A DNA stretch of 64,000 bases, from the NCBI GenBank assembly GCA_965199495.1, contig CBDASK010000002.1, forward strand, positions 1 to 64,000, written 5' to 3'. The notes below the pieces were generated by a model. It had not been told where the DNA came from and did no database searches. It was given only the letters and a program-made list of their open reading frames with translations. The position numbers were made by a program, and so were the translations under genes. The stretch is from Abditibacterium sp. (GTDB lineage Bacteria; Armatimonadota; Abditibacteriia; Abditibacteriales; Abditibacteriaceae). Position 1 is the stretch's first letter, and every line of letters starts with the position of its first letter. Below, in pieces: positions 18,649-29,200 of the stretch.

Positions 18649-18915
18649 ATGGCTCTTTCACGAGACGAATTAGAAGCAATCATCAAACGCGGAGAATCGG
18701 TCATGCTTCCCGATGGGCGTTGCGTCACACACATTGACGCTTTGCCTTCCGCCGTCGAACTCGCTGGCGACGATGTTGTTAAAAAGCAGCACGCCATCGG
18801 CGATCTCGAAGCGATGCGCGCTGCGCTCGACAAGCAGATCGCCGAAGCCAGGTCTTTTGCGCCGCCTGAGACCAAGAAGAAAGAGGCTCCCGTCAAGACT
18901 GCCCCTGCGGAATAA
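18649..18915 (+). CDS. hypothetical virion-associated protein
   Basis: AAGGA RBS after the capsid gene. Confidence 0.6.
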   Translation: MALSRDELEAIIKRGESVMLPDGRCVTHIDALPSAVELAGDDVVKKQHAIGDLEAMRAALDKQIAEARSFAPPETKKKEAPVKTAPAE

Positions 18916-18920
18916 TTACG

Positions 18921-19625
18921 ATGCCCAACGAAACTACCGCTCAAGACTGGCAAGCGCGCGCGATTCGGGAGACCGGTGGCACGTCGCAAAATGCCATTTT
19001 CGAGTTCGGCTTCATCTACGGGACGGTCGGCGGTTCCCTGACGGTGGAGTTCAACGGTTTCGTTGGGGCGCCGCTCGTTTATCCCTTTTCTGCGGCGTCA
19101 CTCAAGGCCAATTTGGAAGCGATTCCTTCGATTGGCGTGGGCGGTGCCAATGTGTCGGGTGCCAAAGGTGGCCCTTACTCCGTCGAAATGATCGGGGACA
19201 ACGCGGGGCAGGACGTGGAAACGCTTATCGTGGATGGTTCGATGCTCGATGAGTCACAGGAAGTCGAAGTCGAAGTGGTCTCATGGGGCGCAACCAACAG
19301 TTACGAACTGGATGCCGCGCGTTTCTGGGAAGATCACGACAACGCCAAAAGTGACCATCTGCGTTTTCTGCTCACCAAAGCCGACTTGATAAATCTGCGT
19401 TTAGGGCAAGCGATTGACGCGGTGGATACGCGCACCGGCCAGGTGAATGAACTCGAACGCAAGGAATCGCAGCGTGTCGGCAACCTCGAACGGATGCTGG
19501 CGCGCTGCATGGATGCCATTAACCGCGAGGTGATGGCGCTGGCGGCTGGTTCACGTCGCACCTACGGCGGCGTAATGCGCGCTGGCCGGGAAGCTCGCAG
19601 CTTGTATCCCGTTTCGAGAGGTTAA
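18921..19625 (+). CDS. head-tail connector candidate with an inserted domain
   Basis: Gene order. Confidence 0.5.
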   Translation: MPNETTAQDWQARAIRETGGTSQNAIFEFGFIYGTVGGSLTVEFNGFVGAPLVYPFSAASLKANLEAIPSIGVGGANVSGAKGGPYSVEMIGDNAGQDVETLIVDGSMLDESQEVEVEVVSWGATNSYELDAARFWEDHDNAKSDHLRFLLTKADLINLRLGQAIDAVDTRTGQVNELERKESQRVGNLERMLARCMDAINREVMALAAGSRRTYGGVMRAGREARSLYPVSRG

Positions 19626-20219
19626 ATGCTCCTTCGTTCTTCTTCCGGCTCCGAGCCGATTCACACCCGCAACGCGCGACGCGACACGCAAAACCTCGCT
19701 CGCCGCCGCCGATTGAGTTGGTGCGAGGTTTACAGTCCGCCCAAAAGACAGGGCGGCATCGTGCGCGAGGAAGCGAAGATGCGCCCGCTTGGAAAAGTTC
19801 GATTGGGAATTACGCAGTCCACCAAGACCGCCGAGATCACGCCGGATAACAACACGGCTTCGAGCGTAATCGAATACGAGTTGGCGGGGCCACTTAACTG
19901 GCGAGTTGAGCCATCAAGTCGCGTTTTCGAGCCAGCCAAATATCCTGCGTGGAAAGCCAATCAGCTTTACGGCAACGGACAATTGGTGGTGGCGACCAAC
20001 TGGGACAACGGCAAAACGATAGTGTTTCGCTGCATCAAAAGCGGAATGTCAGGCACAACCGAACCGGTCTGGCCCACGCGAATGTCGGCGAGAATTTGGG
20101 ATGGACAAACCGGATGGGTCGCGACCTTTGTTGCCACGATTTACGAGGTTATCGCCATCAACAAAAACGAGACGCAAGCGATAGAAACCATCGTGCGAGC
20201 GAAGGAGATTAATTCCTGA
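19626..20219 (+). CDS. head-closure candidate with a CBM5/12-like insert
   Basis: Gene order; WKANQLYGNGQLVV...FRCIKSG motif. Confidence 0.5.
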   Translation: MLLRSSSGSEPIHTRNARRDTQNLARRRRLSWCEVYSPPKRQGGIVREEAKMRPLGKVRLGITQSTKTAEITPDNNTASSVIEYELAGPLNWRVEPSSRVFEPAKYPAWKANQLYGNGQLVVATNWDNGKTIVFRCIKSGMSGTTEPVWPTRMSARIWDGQTGWVATFVATIYEVIAINKNETQAIETIVRAKEINS

Positions 20220-20686
20220 TGAGCGTTGCAAACGAATACAATTCCGGCGTGCCGCTCGTTTTCGTGGATCAACGGTTCAGGGAAAGCGAAGATTTCAAGG
20301 CGGTTTTTGGAGACAACTTTTATGAAGAAGTCAACATTCCGCCTGACGTGGAAAATTCTTTCGTGATTTATTCGGCGACGGCCAACGTGCCGGTTCTGAT
20401 GGGCGGCGTGGACGAATACATCATGGACGTAAGCTGCACGCTCAACATCGTCAACGTGCGCAAATACGGCTTTGGGCAAGGTAGCGAGTTGCATTTCATT
20501 CAGGCTCTCAAAGTGATGCGACGGGCGCTGTGCGGAGTGTGCGGCTACGACGTGTTTTACGAGGGCGAGAAGATTGGGACGGTGGACGAAGCGAGTTACC
20601 TGGACGAAATCGGGCTGACGCGCTACCGCGACGGCAACTACGACGTGTTGCAAAAAGGGATTTCCCTTAAATTGATCTGGCGATAG
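20219..20686 (+). CDS. tail terminator candidate
   Basis: Gene order and size. Confidence 0.5.
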   Translation: MSVANEYNSGVPLVFVDQRFRESEDFKAVFGDNFYEEVNIPPDVENSFVIYSATANVPVLMGGVDEYIMDVSCTLNIVNVRKYGFGQGSELHFIQALKVMRRALCGVCGYDVFYEGEKIGTVDEASYLDEIGLTRYRDGNYDVLQKGISLKLIWR

Positions 20687-20733
20687 TTTCATCGCGCTAC
20701 AAGTAACGCGCCTCGGCGCAAGGACATACATTC

Positions 20734-22674
20734 ATGGCACTTTCAAAAGGTTTACAATTCGCTCGGCAAAACCGGTTCTACACCGTAGTCGAAGCTGGCT
20801 TTATGATTCCCGATCCCGCCGCGCCAACTCTGGTTCGCCGCGATGTGGGCAGCGACGGTAATGGCCTCAACGAGGTTCAGAACTGGAACACTTTCATGGT
20901 GGACGGCGACAATCTCGTTGATGCGGGAGAACTGGTGGGCAAAGAGGGCAGCGTGACCCGCTCCTTCATGCCGACCTATCGCTTGATGGAAAACATCTGG
21001 CGCGGCGTGGCTGGCTTGCCTCAGACCGATATTCTCATTGAGGGCGGCACGCGGCGCGAAATCACCTGGATTGACCCCGAACAGGGCAGTCCAGCCATCG
21101 AGACCGTCACCGGCTACTACGGTATGCCGGACGGCGCGGCGCGCTTGCTGGGCGGCAAGATTCGTTCCTTCAACATTGACGTGTCGCGCGGCGAGAACGG
21201 CGGTCAGGTGACGGGTAACATCGAATACCACTTCAACGCCGTAGATCGCGGCGTTTATGTGCCTAACGCTTCGAGCATGAACGCGCTTTATCGCTTCTCG
21301 GCGCAGCGTGCGGTGGGCGGTGCGACCTTCATGGTGGGCGCCTACACCATGACGCCGACCGGCAAGCGTCAGGTGATTACGTTTTCGGGTGCGGGGCCAG
21401 TGACAATTGGCGGCTTGACAGTTGACATCACCACGCCCGAAAGTGTGGCAACTTTTCTGGGCCGTCTCAAATCGGCGTTTCCGGCGCGTTCGACATTGAC
21501 GGCGACGGGCACGATTACGGCGGCTGTTGCGGGCACGACTGATAGCTTCACTGCCTCTGGCTTTAGCGATGGCAATGCCAACGGCAACTACACAAAAAAC
21601 GCGGCGTTAAAAAATGGGCAACCATATTTTCTTGAAAGTGGCGGTGGCATTAGTGGTGGCATTTATTGGAGTGGTAGCCGATGGTGGTGGGGACACGGCG
21701 ACCCAAGCAACAATTTTCAGGATATTGGCGGTGGAACAAACGCCAACACGCCTCTCGCTGGTTGGCCCGCTGGCGTTGTATTCAGCAACGTTGTTGGGTC
21801 TGGTGGCACTCCCGCATCGGTCAACATCACGCTCACCGACGCCGCCAGCGCGGGCGCACAAGCCGATTTCGTCGTGACGGGCACCGGTTACACTTCGACT
21901 TCGACGCCTTACAGTTCGGGCGGCGGATTCGCTTACCAGAACGTGACGCTGGCAAAAACCGACACGGCGGCGCAAATCAAAGCCAAGTTCGAGGCGGCGG
22001 GCCTGACGACCGTGATGGTAACGGGTGCGGCAACCGATACCACGTTCACCGTCGAAGTGCTGAATCCCTCGAACACCCGCGTTGACGTGCAAAAAGTTTC
22101 GGGCATTGGCTGGTCGTATTCCTGCCGTCGTCTCGGCGGCGTGGAAGCTCTCGTTTACTCGACGGGGCCGCGCTTGTTGCCGAACCACTGGAAGTCTTAC
22201 GTGGCGATCAACAATGCGGATTTGGCCTCAATCAACATGGACGATGTGCCGGAATTGACCGGACAACTGGGTGACGCGCACTTGCTGGAAACGGCGACCA
22301 GTGATAACTTTGGCATCGCCGATCTGTGGAAAGGGCATTACACCGGCACCGGATTGCTCAACGCGCGTGACTTCGTTTCGGGCGCGCGCACCTTCACCGG
22401 CCAGATCACCGTTCCCAACAACGAGGCCGATGGAAGTGACTGCAAGTTCCTCTACGATTTGGAAAACGGTTGCTCGTCACCCGGCTTCTGGCGTCGGCGA
22501 GTCTTCTCTTGCGGCGGCTTTGAATACATCGAAGATGTTTACTGGGGCCGCAACGAGCAACCGGGCTACGACGTAACCAACGATGTTTGGATGCGCTCAT
22601 TCCCGCTCTCGCGTCGTCGCAACCCCGAAGGCGGCGGCAGCGTGAAAATCACGTTACGCTTGCCGGTGGTGTAA
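20734..22674 (+). CDS. major tail protein with inserted accessory domains
   Basis: Upstream of chaperones and tape measure; Gly/Thr-rich; followed by a terminator. Confidence 0.65.
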   Translation: MALSKGLQFARQNRFYTVVEAGFMIPDPAAPTLVRRDVGSDGNGLNEVQNWNTFMVDGDNLVDAGELVGKEGSVTRSFMPTYRLMENIWRGVAGLPQTDILIEGGTRREITWIDPEQGSPAIETVTGYYGMPDGAARLLGGKIRSFNIDVSRGENGGQVTGNIEYHFNAVDRGVYVPNASSMNALYRFSAQRAVGGATFMVGAYTMTPTGKRQVITFSGAGPVTIGGLTVDITTPESVATFLGRLKSAFPARSTLTATGTITAAVAGTTDSFTASGFSDGNANGNYTKNAALKNGQPYFLESGGGISGGIYWSGSRWWWGHGDPSNNFQDIGGGTNANTPLAGWPAGVVFSNVVGSGGTPASVNITLTDAASAGAQADFVVTGTGYTSTSTPYSSGGGFAYQNVTLAKTDTAAQIKAKFEAAGLTTVMVTGAATDTTFTVEVLNPSNTRVDVQKVSGIGWSYSCRRLGGVEALVYSTGPRLLPNHWKSYVAINNADLASINMDDVPELTGQLGDAHLLETATSDNFGIADLWKGHYTGTGLLNARDFVSGARTFTGQITVPNNEADGSDCKFLYDLENGCSSPGFWRRRVFSCGGFEYIEDVYWGRNEQPGYDVTNDVWMRSFPLSRRRNPEGGGSVKITLRLPVV

Positions 22675-22689
22675 GACACAAAATAAAGC

Positions 22690-22729
22690 AAAAGCCCGAA
22701 GCGTTTCATGGTGCGCTTCGGGCTTTTTT
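22690..22729. terminator. bidirectional terminator
   Basis: aaaagcccgaagcg/cgcttcgggctttt. Confidence 0.85.
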
Positions 22730-22730
22730 G

Positions 22731-22874
22731 TCACTGATTCGGGAATAGTTCGGCATGGACGAACCTGAACGCGGCTTGGTTCAACACCCTCTGCCCGGTT
22801 GTAGCGAGAATGGCGGTAAGAAACATCGCGGTTAAAATGACGTTGATGAATGAGAATTGGCGTTGGGATTTCAT
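22731..22874 (-). CDS. 47-aa hydrophobic peptide (not in the ORF track)
   Basis: MKSQRQFSFINVILTAMFLTAILATTGQRVLNQAAFRFVHAELFPNQ, exactly between a promoter and a terminator. Confidence 0.6.
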   Translation of the reverse strand: MKSQRQFSFINVILTAMFLTAILATTGQRVLNQAAFRFVHAELFPNQ

Positions 22875-22884
22875 AGTGATTCTA

Positions 22885-22913
22885 ATTCTATCACATCCTT
22901 ATTTGCTTTGCAA
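22885..22913 (-). promoter_or_regulatory. sigma70-like promoter, GTGATAGAATTA family
   Basis: TTGCAA-17bp-TAGAAT with extended TG. Confidence 0.75.
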
Positions 22914-22958
22914 CCTCGTTTTCTGTTAAAATACAAGGTGCCTTTTTCGGCATACACC

Positions 22959-23627
22959 ATGAGTAATTTCAATCTCGCGCCCAAAGTGCGCGGCAACTTC
23001 AAAGGGTTGCGCAATTCCGTCGCCACTGCGACCGCCCTGGTTTATTCCAAGCCGGTGCTGACCTTCTCGCTTTCGGGCACCGTTTACGTCAACGAGCGCG
23101 ACGAGATCGTTGAAGAACTGGGCGACGATTGCCGCGTCGAAATGATCGAGGTGGACTATCACTATCGCGTCAATCCGCGCAATCTCAAACCGGAACACTC
23201 CAATTACATTGCGGCGGTAGGAGATCGGCGCACGGCGGCACAGCGAATGTATGAACGGATGGCGGCGACGCAGGGCAACATCGCGGCGAAAAAGCTGACG
23301 CGCGCCGATTTGCCCGACAAAGAGATTTTGGTGGATGTTTACGCCGAAATGGACGAAGCGTTGGATCGGCGCCTGTTGGCCGTTGTGGACACGACCGAAA
23401 CCGGCCTGACCGCGTGGGACTACACCGACGAGAACGGCCAGCCGATGATGCTGACCGCAGAACTGCTCAAGTCGGATGTTCGTCTTGCCGAAGCGATGCA
23501 CGCGTCGTTACAGGAATGGCTGACCCCTACGAAAGCCTCGTCCGAGGCGGCTACGAAGGAGACGACGGACGATGGCACGAAGGAAACGGAGCCACAGAGT
23601 CCGGCGAGCTTAACCCAAATTCCTTAG
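22959..23627 (+). CDS. tail assembly chaperone candidate
   Basis: Between the major tail and tape measure genes. Confidence 0.55.
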   Translation: MSNFNLAPKVRGNFKGLRNSVATATALVYSKPVLTFSLSGTVYVNERDEIVEELGDDCRVEMIEVDYHYRVNPRNLKPEHSNYIAAVGDRRTAAQRMYERMAATQGNIAAKKLTRADLPDKEILVDVYAEMDEALDRRLLAVVDTTETGLTAWDYTDENGQPMMLTAELLKSDVRLAEAMHASLQEWLTPTKASSEAATKETTDDGTKETEPQSPASLTQIP

Positions 23628-23635
23628 TCGCACGA

Positions 23636-23944
23636 ATGGCCTATGCGCTGTTCAAGTCTCGCAAAGGCCAGGAAGATTACGGCAATCACGGTTTCATTCC
23701 TTCGTGGTTTGAAGCCGTTCAGTTGCACAAAGACCATCACACCGGCTTTGGCGTTGACCTGGATACTTTTCACTGGTGCGAATGGGCAAAGCTCGCAAGG
23801 CGCGCCGAAAGCATGGCACAGGACGACAAAATGTTCGACGCAATGGACTCGGAACTCGCCCAGGCACAATACGAGGAAATCCCGCAAGCTAAAGTGCAGG
23901 GCCGCGCTGCATTGATGGCACAGGCAAAAGCGCCAGCATCGTAA
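23636..23944 (+). CDS. second tail assembly chaperone candidate
   Basis: Lies in the -1 frame overlapping the previous ORF; ends at a terminator. Confidence 0.5.
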   Translation: MAYALFKSRKGQEDYGNHGFIPSWFEAVQLHKDHHTGFGVDLDTFHWCEWAKLARRAESMAQDDKMFDAMDSELAQAQYEEIPQAKVQGRAALMAQAKAPAS

Positions 23945-23963
23945 TTGATGCTGGCGCTTTTGC
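23924..23963. terminator. bidirectional terminator
   Basis: gcaaaagcgccagcatc/gatgctggcgcttttgc. Confidence 0.8.
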
Positions 23964-23965
23964 AT

Positions 23966-24226
23966 CTATCGCGGTGACTTTGTATCTTTGAAGGAAACGA
24001 ATGTCCTCGATACTTGTTCTTCGACGTAGAATGTGGTTTCGCAAGAATCGCAATCGAACTCTCGTCGGTTGCCATCGGTGCCGTTCACAGTCCACATTTC
24101 AGGGCATTCCCAAATATCCACATTGTCGTGACCGCAGTGAGGGCAACAAATCTCCGAACTTTCCAGTTCGGCAGTTATTCCATCTTCGGGCGTGTAGTCT
24201 TTCAGTTTATCGTTGTCTTTTGCCAT
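23966..24226 (-). CDS. zinc-ribbon protein
   Basis: CPHCG...CDSC; GGAGG RBS. Confidence 0.7.
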   Translation of the reverse strand: MAKDNDKLKDYTPEDGITAELESSEICCPHCGHDNVDIWECPEMWTVNGTDGNRREFDCDSCETTFYVEEQVSRTFVSFKDTKSPR

Positions 24227-24513
24227 GTTTGATCCTCCTGTGGCTCTGTCATCGCTTGTAAAACGGCGAGGTTGTATTTGAGAATGTCTACCTTCCGTTG
24301 GAGTTCGTCGCGCTCTGCGGTTCGGGATTGAATCAGGAAGTCGCGCGCTTCTTGCCATGTGTCATGCCAGTTGACAACGCGGGATCGTTTCTGTTGGGGA
24401 CGTTTCTCGCCGACTTCGATTACGGTCGTTTCGGTTTCGGACTTGACGTTACGGCGCAGGATTTCGGTGCCTGTCCAAGTGGTTCTGAATTTAATCATTT
24501 TCTCCTTTGTCAT
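24202..24513 (-). CDS. hypothetical protein
   Basis: Coupled ORF in a reverse mini-operon. Confidence 0.65.
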   Translation of the reverse strand: MTKEKMIKFRTTWTGTEILRRNVKSETETTVIEVGEKRPQQKRSRVVNWHDTWQEARDFLIQSRTAERDELQRKVDILKYNLAVLQAMTEPQEDQTWQKTTIN

Positions 24514-24944
24514 TCCTCTCCGTTGGTTTGGATGAAATGTTCGATTCGTTCAATCGCCACTTGGCATTCTTCGTCGTGCGAACATTTGTCGTAACGAGAT
24601 TGAAACTCACGCGGCCACTGGTCAGTGTGAAAAAGCCGGGACGCTTGTTCCTGCGACATTCCAAGTAGATTGGAAGCTTTCCATTCGATGTCGTCAGCAT
24701 CATAATCCTCAAGGCAGTAAGCAACCCTCTGTAGTTCAACACTTGGATTCAAGGCAAGTGCCCACCCCGCAATGCAAGCAGTCGTCCCGCACTTGTGTTC
24801 AAGGACGCCGATCCGAATATCAACCTCGGAGAGAGCGCCACCAAAGTAAGAGGCCATATTGAAGTTCGACGGATTTCCTCGGATTTCTTCTTGGATTTTC
24901 CTGAGCAAAGGCTCGTTGATTTGTTTTGAAGTTTCTTCGTTCAT
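24510..24944 (-). CDS. hypothetical phage protein
   Basis: CGTTACIAGWA motif; directly downstream of a promoter. Confidence 0.7.
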   Translation of the reverse strand: MNEETSKQINEPLLRKIQEEIRGNPSNFNMASYFGGALSEVDIRIGVLEHKCGTTACIAGWALALNPSVELQRVAYCLEDYDADDIEWKASNLLGMSQEQASRLFHTDQWPREFQSRYDKCSHDEECQVAIERIEHFIQTNGEE

Positions 24945-24957
24945 ATTATTCTCTTTG

Positions 24958-25031
24958 CCGCAAATGTGCGACGGACTTAATTCTATCACATCCATATTTA
25001 GAAGTCAAGGGGCATTTGAGGTAAAATTTAA
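24958..25031. repeat. promoter cassette copy A (minus-strand TTGACT-17-TAGAAT)
   Basis: Imperfect direct repeat of 26197-26271. Confidence 0.8.
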
Positions 25032-25033
25032 AT

Positions 25034-25936
25034 ATGGCTGGAACACTGCGAACTCAGAGCCGCGCGATACTGGCGCAAATCAAGCGAGATACGACGGCTT
25101 CCTGTTTGGAGACGGCGGAGCGCATTCTCAAATGCTCGACCGGGCGCATTCTCTCTCACACTGGCGGGGCGGGCATCGCGCTTGGTTCGGGCGCCAACGA
25201 AGCTGACCTTGCGGCCTCGGCTTATATCGTAACCGCCAAAGAATCGGGCTACGGGGCGGCTGTTGCGCGCGCGGGTGCGGGGCGCTCAGATCGCTTCGCT
25301 CCGGCGGCGCACGTTGGTTCCGGTTCATCGGAGTTTCGTGTGAAGGTTGCCTTTGCTCTTGACCGCGCGGCCTTGATGCACAACGGCTACTTCGACCCGC
25401 GCGCCGGAATGCAGATGATGGGCACGCCGTTTTTGACCGATTGCGCCGATGCAAATTTCAAAGAGTTCGAGCAGGACATGATGGGCAACGTCAATGCGCT
25501 CGAAACTGTTCAGGAAACCCAGTTCAAAAGGGGTAGTGAAGAATGGTTTGAATCGCTGGGCGAGCAAGGTCAAGCCGACGAGATGCAGGAAGCGATGTAT
25601 CAAGAAATAACTGAAGCTACGCGCGATGTGTCGGGAGATATGCGCCAGGATTGGAACCGCTTCAAAGGCGCTTTTGGCGAAGAAATGAATCGCCAACGTG
25701 GAGCATTCACCGGAAAGACGCGGCCTATGACGCGCACGCACGCGGGCAAAACCTACTCCTACCCGGTGATGATTCAAACGCGCCACTGGGAAACTGCCGT
25801 TGAGCGCCTGGATCGCATAACAGAAGCATTTCAAGCGTTTCGCACCAACAGTTCGACGGCGGACATGGGATACAGCATGGCGAATAGCGCCGAACGTGAT
25901 TTCGTACGGCGTGCGATTGGAAGCAAGGCTAATTGA
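25034..25936 (+). CDS. hypothetical protein, possible tail/neck completion protein
   Basis: 300-aa ORF in the tail module. Confidence 0.55.
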   Translation: MAGTLRTQSRAILAQIKRDTTASCLETAERILKCSTGRILSHTGGAGIALGSGANEADLAASAYIVTAKESGYGAAVARAGAGRSDRFAPAAHVGSGSSEFRVKVAFALDRAALMHNGYFDPRAGMQMMGTPFLTDCADANFKEFEQDMMGNVNALETVQETQFKRGSEEWFESLGEQGQADEMQEAMYQEITEATRDVSGDMRQDWNRFKGAFGEEMNRQRGAFTGKTRPMTRTHAGKTYSYPVMIQTRHWETAVERLDRITEAFQAFRTNSSTADMGYSMANSAERDFVRRAIGSKAN

Positions 25937-25938
25937 CA

Positions 25939-25974
25939 AAGAACGCACGCTTCACAGTGAAAGCGTGCGTTCTT
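25939..25974. terminator. hairpin between convergent genes
   Basis: aagaacgcacgctt/aagcgtgcgttctt. Confidence 0.7.
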
Positions 25975-25993
25975 CAAATTACGACTTGAATTT

Positions 25994-26182
25994 TTAGTTG
26001 GATACCAGAGCTTTCGCACGAAGGCTGCGCTCTCGATTGACTTGCATCAACTGAACCGCCTCTTGCGGCGTTTCCAAATTTTGATTCTTCATCGTGCGAC
26101 GAATCTTGTTGGCGTTTTTTACGTCGTTTTGCTTGTAGCGGGCGTTCGAGGGCTTGTCGAACTTGGAATTGTGTTTGGGCAT
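25994..26182 (-). CDS. small basic protein
   Basis: AGGAG RBS; own promoter. Confidence 0.65.
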   Translation of the reverse strand: MPKHNSKFDKPSNARYKQNDVKNANKIRRTMKNQNLETPQEAVQLMQVNRERSLRAKALVSN

Positions 26183-26196
26183 ATTTTCTTCTCCTG

Positions 26197-26271
26197 TCGC
26201 AAATGCGCGACGTAACTAATTCTATCACGTCCATAATCAGAAGTCAAGGGCGATTTCGAGTAAAATTTAAA
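26197..26271. repeat. promoter cassette copy B (minus-strand TTGACT-17-TAGAAT)
   Basis: Imperfect direct repeat of 24958-25031. Confidence 0.8.
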
Positions 26272-26291
26272 GCAGTAAAAAATAAAGGAGA

Positions 26292-29200
26292 GTGGTCATT
26301 TTGGCGTATGCCGTGCTTTCGGTCGAGGTAGTTGGTAAATGGGGGCAACTGGAACAGACGCTATCGCGCGCGGATGCCGCGATGCGCAAGTTCGCCGCGC
26401 AACCGCGCTCCATCAAGTTTCAGGTGGACGACACGGTATTCCAGCAGATTAGCACCGTTCAGCGTGCCTTGCGCGCTATCGGCACAACCAACGTCGCCAT
26501 TGATTTGGTCGTCAATGGAGAGTCGGTTGCTGTCGCCAAAATGGACAAGGCAAGTTCGGGCGTCGATAATTTGGGCGCTGCTCTTGATCGAACCAATGCC
26601 AAAGCGCAGATCACGGCCAAAAATCTGGCCTCAATAGGGAATGGTGCGTCTGCTTCGGCGAGTTTTACAAAAACGCAACAGTTTGGCGAAGAGTATTTGA
26701 CGCCACAGGCGGTGAAGTATCAGAATACTTTTGGCAAGGGTGTATCGAGCCAGCAAATAATTAGCTCGGTTTCTTCTGCTGCGAATGATTACGCCAAACT
26801 TGGGGTTGATCCGGCTGCGATTCGCGGGGCAATTACTCAGTTGGAAGAGTTGTTGTTGAAGGAGAAGGAAGTTCAGGCTAATCGCACCATCAAGCTTGAT
26901 TTTGCCCTTGATCCGCAGGGCGAATCGTATTTGAAAGACATCAGCCTTGCCTTAGAAGGGGATGTGATGACGGCCAAACAATTGGAGTCGGCGATGAAGC
27001 GACTCGAAGCGGCGGGCGGTTCGGCGCTTGTGCCCTACATCCAAAAAGCGGCGACGATGGAAGAAGCGACGTTGCGGGTCAACGCGGCACTGGCGGGAGC
27101 CAAGCCAACGGGCGCTGCTTCGACGGTGGGCGGTTCGGCTCACATCAACGCGCTCTTGGCACAGACAGAAGAAGTTCGCAGTAAAATGGCGCAACTTGAT
27201 ACCGCCATCGTTGGGATTCGAGAAGCGGGCGGTTCAGCCCTGGTGCCTTTTATTCTTTCGGCGGATACTCTTGCCGTTTCGCTGGAACGTGCCAGCGTTG
27301 CCACAAAAGACCTCGCGGCAATGAATCGTATCGGCGCGGGCAACCTTGCACCTGACATCAAACCTGGTTCAGGCCAGGTGATTGCTGCCGACTTTGAGAA
27401 GGTGAATCGTGTGGTGATGAACACGCGCAATTCGATTCAGGCGGCAACCGAAGCCATCGCGGGATTTGAAGCAAGAACAAACGCATTGGGAGCCAATGGT
27501 GCCACGCCGGGAACCGAATTGTCGAATGGGATGCGCAAGGCGGCGACGGACATTCGGGAAGCGGACAAATCGACTAAATCTTTGGGCGAAAGCATTTTTG
27601 GTGTGATTAACACGATTCGGCGATGGGTTATTGGTTATGTCGTCGTCTCGCAATTGATTCGATTGTTCGGCGCGCTCAAGTTCGTTATTGTTGATTTCAA
27701 CTCATTGTTGGAAAAAGCACGCATTACGTTGACGACACTGTTCGATGGTTCGACGGTGGCTGCTGATTCTTTGATGCGAAAAATGGAGAAGTTTGCGGAA
27801 ATCACACCGTTTGAGTTCAAGGACTTGGTGCCGCTCACTCAAAGGTTGCTGGCGCTGGGCGTTGTCGCCAAAGATACCGCCGACAAGAAACTGATTCCGA
27901 CCTTTAGGGCCATCGGCGACACCGTAGCTTCGCTTGGCGGCTCGCCGGAAGTTATGGATCGAATCGTTTACGCTTTTGGCAACATGGTTCAAAAAGGCAA
28001 AGCGAGCGCCGAGGAAGTGACTCGTCAATTGGGCAACGCCAACGTTCCGGCACTCAAATACATGGCACAGGCGGCAGGTGTTTCAACGGCGGAGATTATG
28101 AAGCGCATGAAAGCGGGCGCGGTGGATGGCTCCAAAGCGGTTCAGGCCATTTTGTATGGCATGGCGAATGATCCCAAGTTCAAGGGAAACATGGAGAAGT
28201 TGAGCGCGACTTTCGAGGGCGCGTTCAACAACATCAAAGACATTGCCACCAAGCAGATTGCGGGCACGTTTAAAGATATTTACAACTGGGTCAGTCAGCA
28301 GATGCAGTCCATTGTCAAAGTTATCCAAACGACGAAGTTTCAGTTGGACTGGAAAGATAAAGTGAACGAGGCCAAAGAAGCGTTTTTGGCGCTCTACAAC
28401 GTGCTTGTTTCGGTTTATGATTTCGTGGTGAAGTTCAAGGGCACGTTGGTTCTCCTGTTCGTTTTGTTTGGCAATCTCGCAAAGACCAATCCCTTTGGAC
28501 TAATGCTAATTGCGGTTGCACGCGCGGTTATTGGCATTCAGCAACTCACCGATAACTGGGATCAAATGTCAGGCGCCGTTAAGGTTTCGACTGTGGCGAT
28601 TACCGCGTTTGGCATCGCGCTGGCGGCGGTTCAGATTAGTGCTTTGATTGGCGCATTAAACCTTGCTACAATTGCCAATTCGACGTTTGCAGTTACAGTT
28701 GGGGTGGCAATCCTTTCGTTGCAAGAAGCTGCCGTAGCGCTGGCGGCTGATGTTGTCGCCGCCTATGCTTTTGGTAGCGCTTTCGCCGGGGTTGCGGGCG
28801 GTGTCGTTGCGAGTGCCGCAACAGTCGCAACTGCCATCTCCACCATTTCTCCGCTTGCCCTTGTTGCTTTGCCCGCACTGCTCTTGGCGGGCGGGTTGGC
28901 GGCGATCATGTGGGAGAATTATCAGGATCACGCGGCCAAGGCGGACATTGCAAACAGCAATCTCGCTATCACACTTGACGCTACAAGTGCCTCTATGGAT
29001 CGCGTCAAGGCTTCGGTTTCGGGCGCCAATTCTGTTTTTGCCAATAATGCCGTCGAAAAAATGAATGATGACTTGGAGAAGGCCAAAGATAACAACGGAA
29101 AGTTGCTGGCCTTTCGACGCAAATATGGCAACGAAAAATTCATCCAGGACGTAATTGTTCAGTCCAAAATGGATGCCGTTGACGCCAAGGAATTTCGCGC

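Noticed and set aside
23414..23944. Programmed -1 frameshift between the tail chaperones
   Set aside because: Frame geometry fits, but I found no in-frame XXXYYYZ heptamer (CCCAAAT is in the wrong phase) and an ATG exists at 23636; unresolved
24944..26234. Shared MDVIEL/MIEL N-termini in the ORF track
   Set aside because: They are translations of the repeated promoter sequence; the true starts lie downstream
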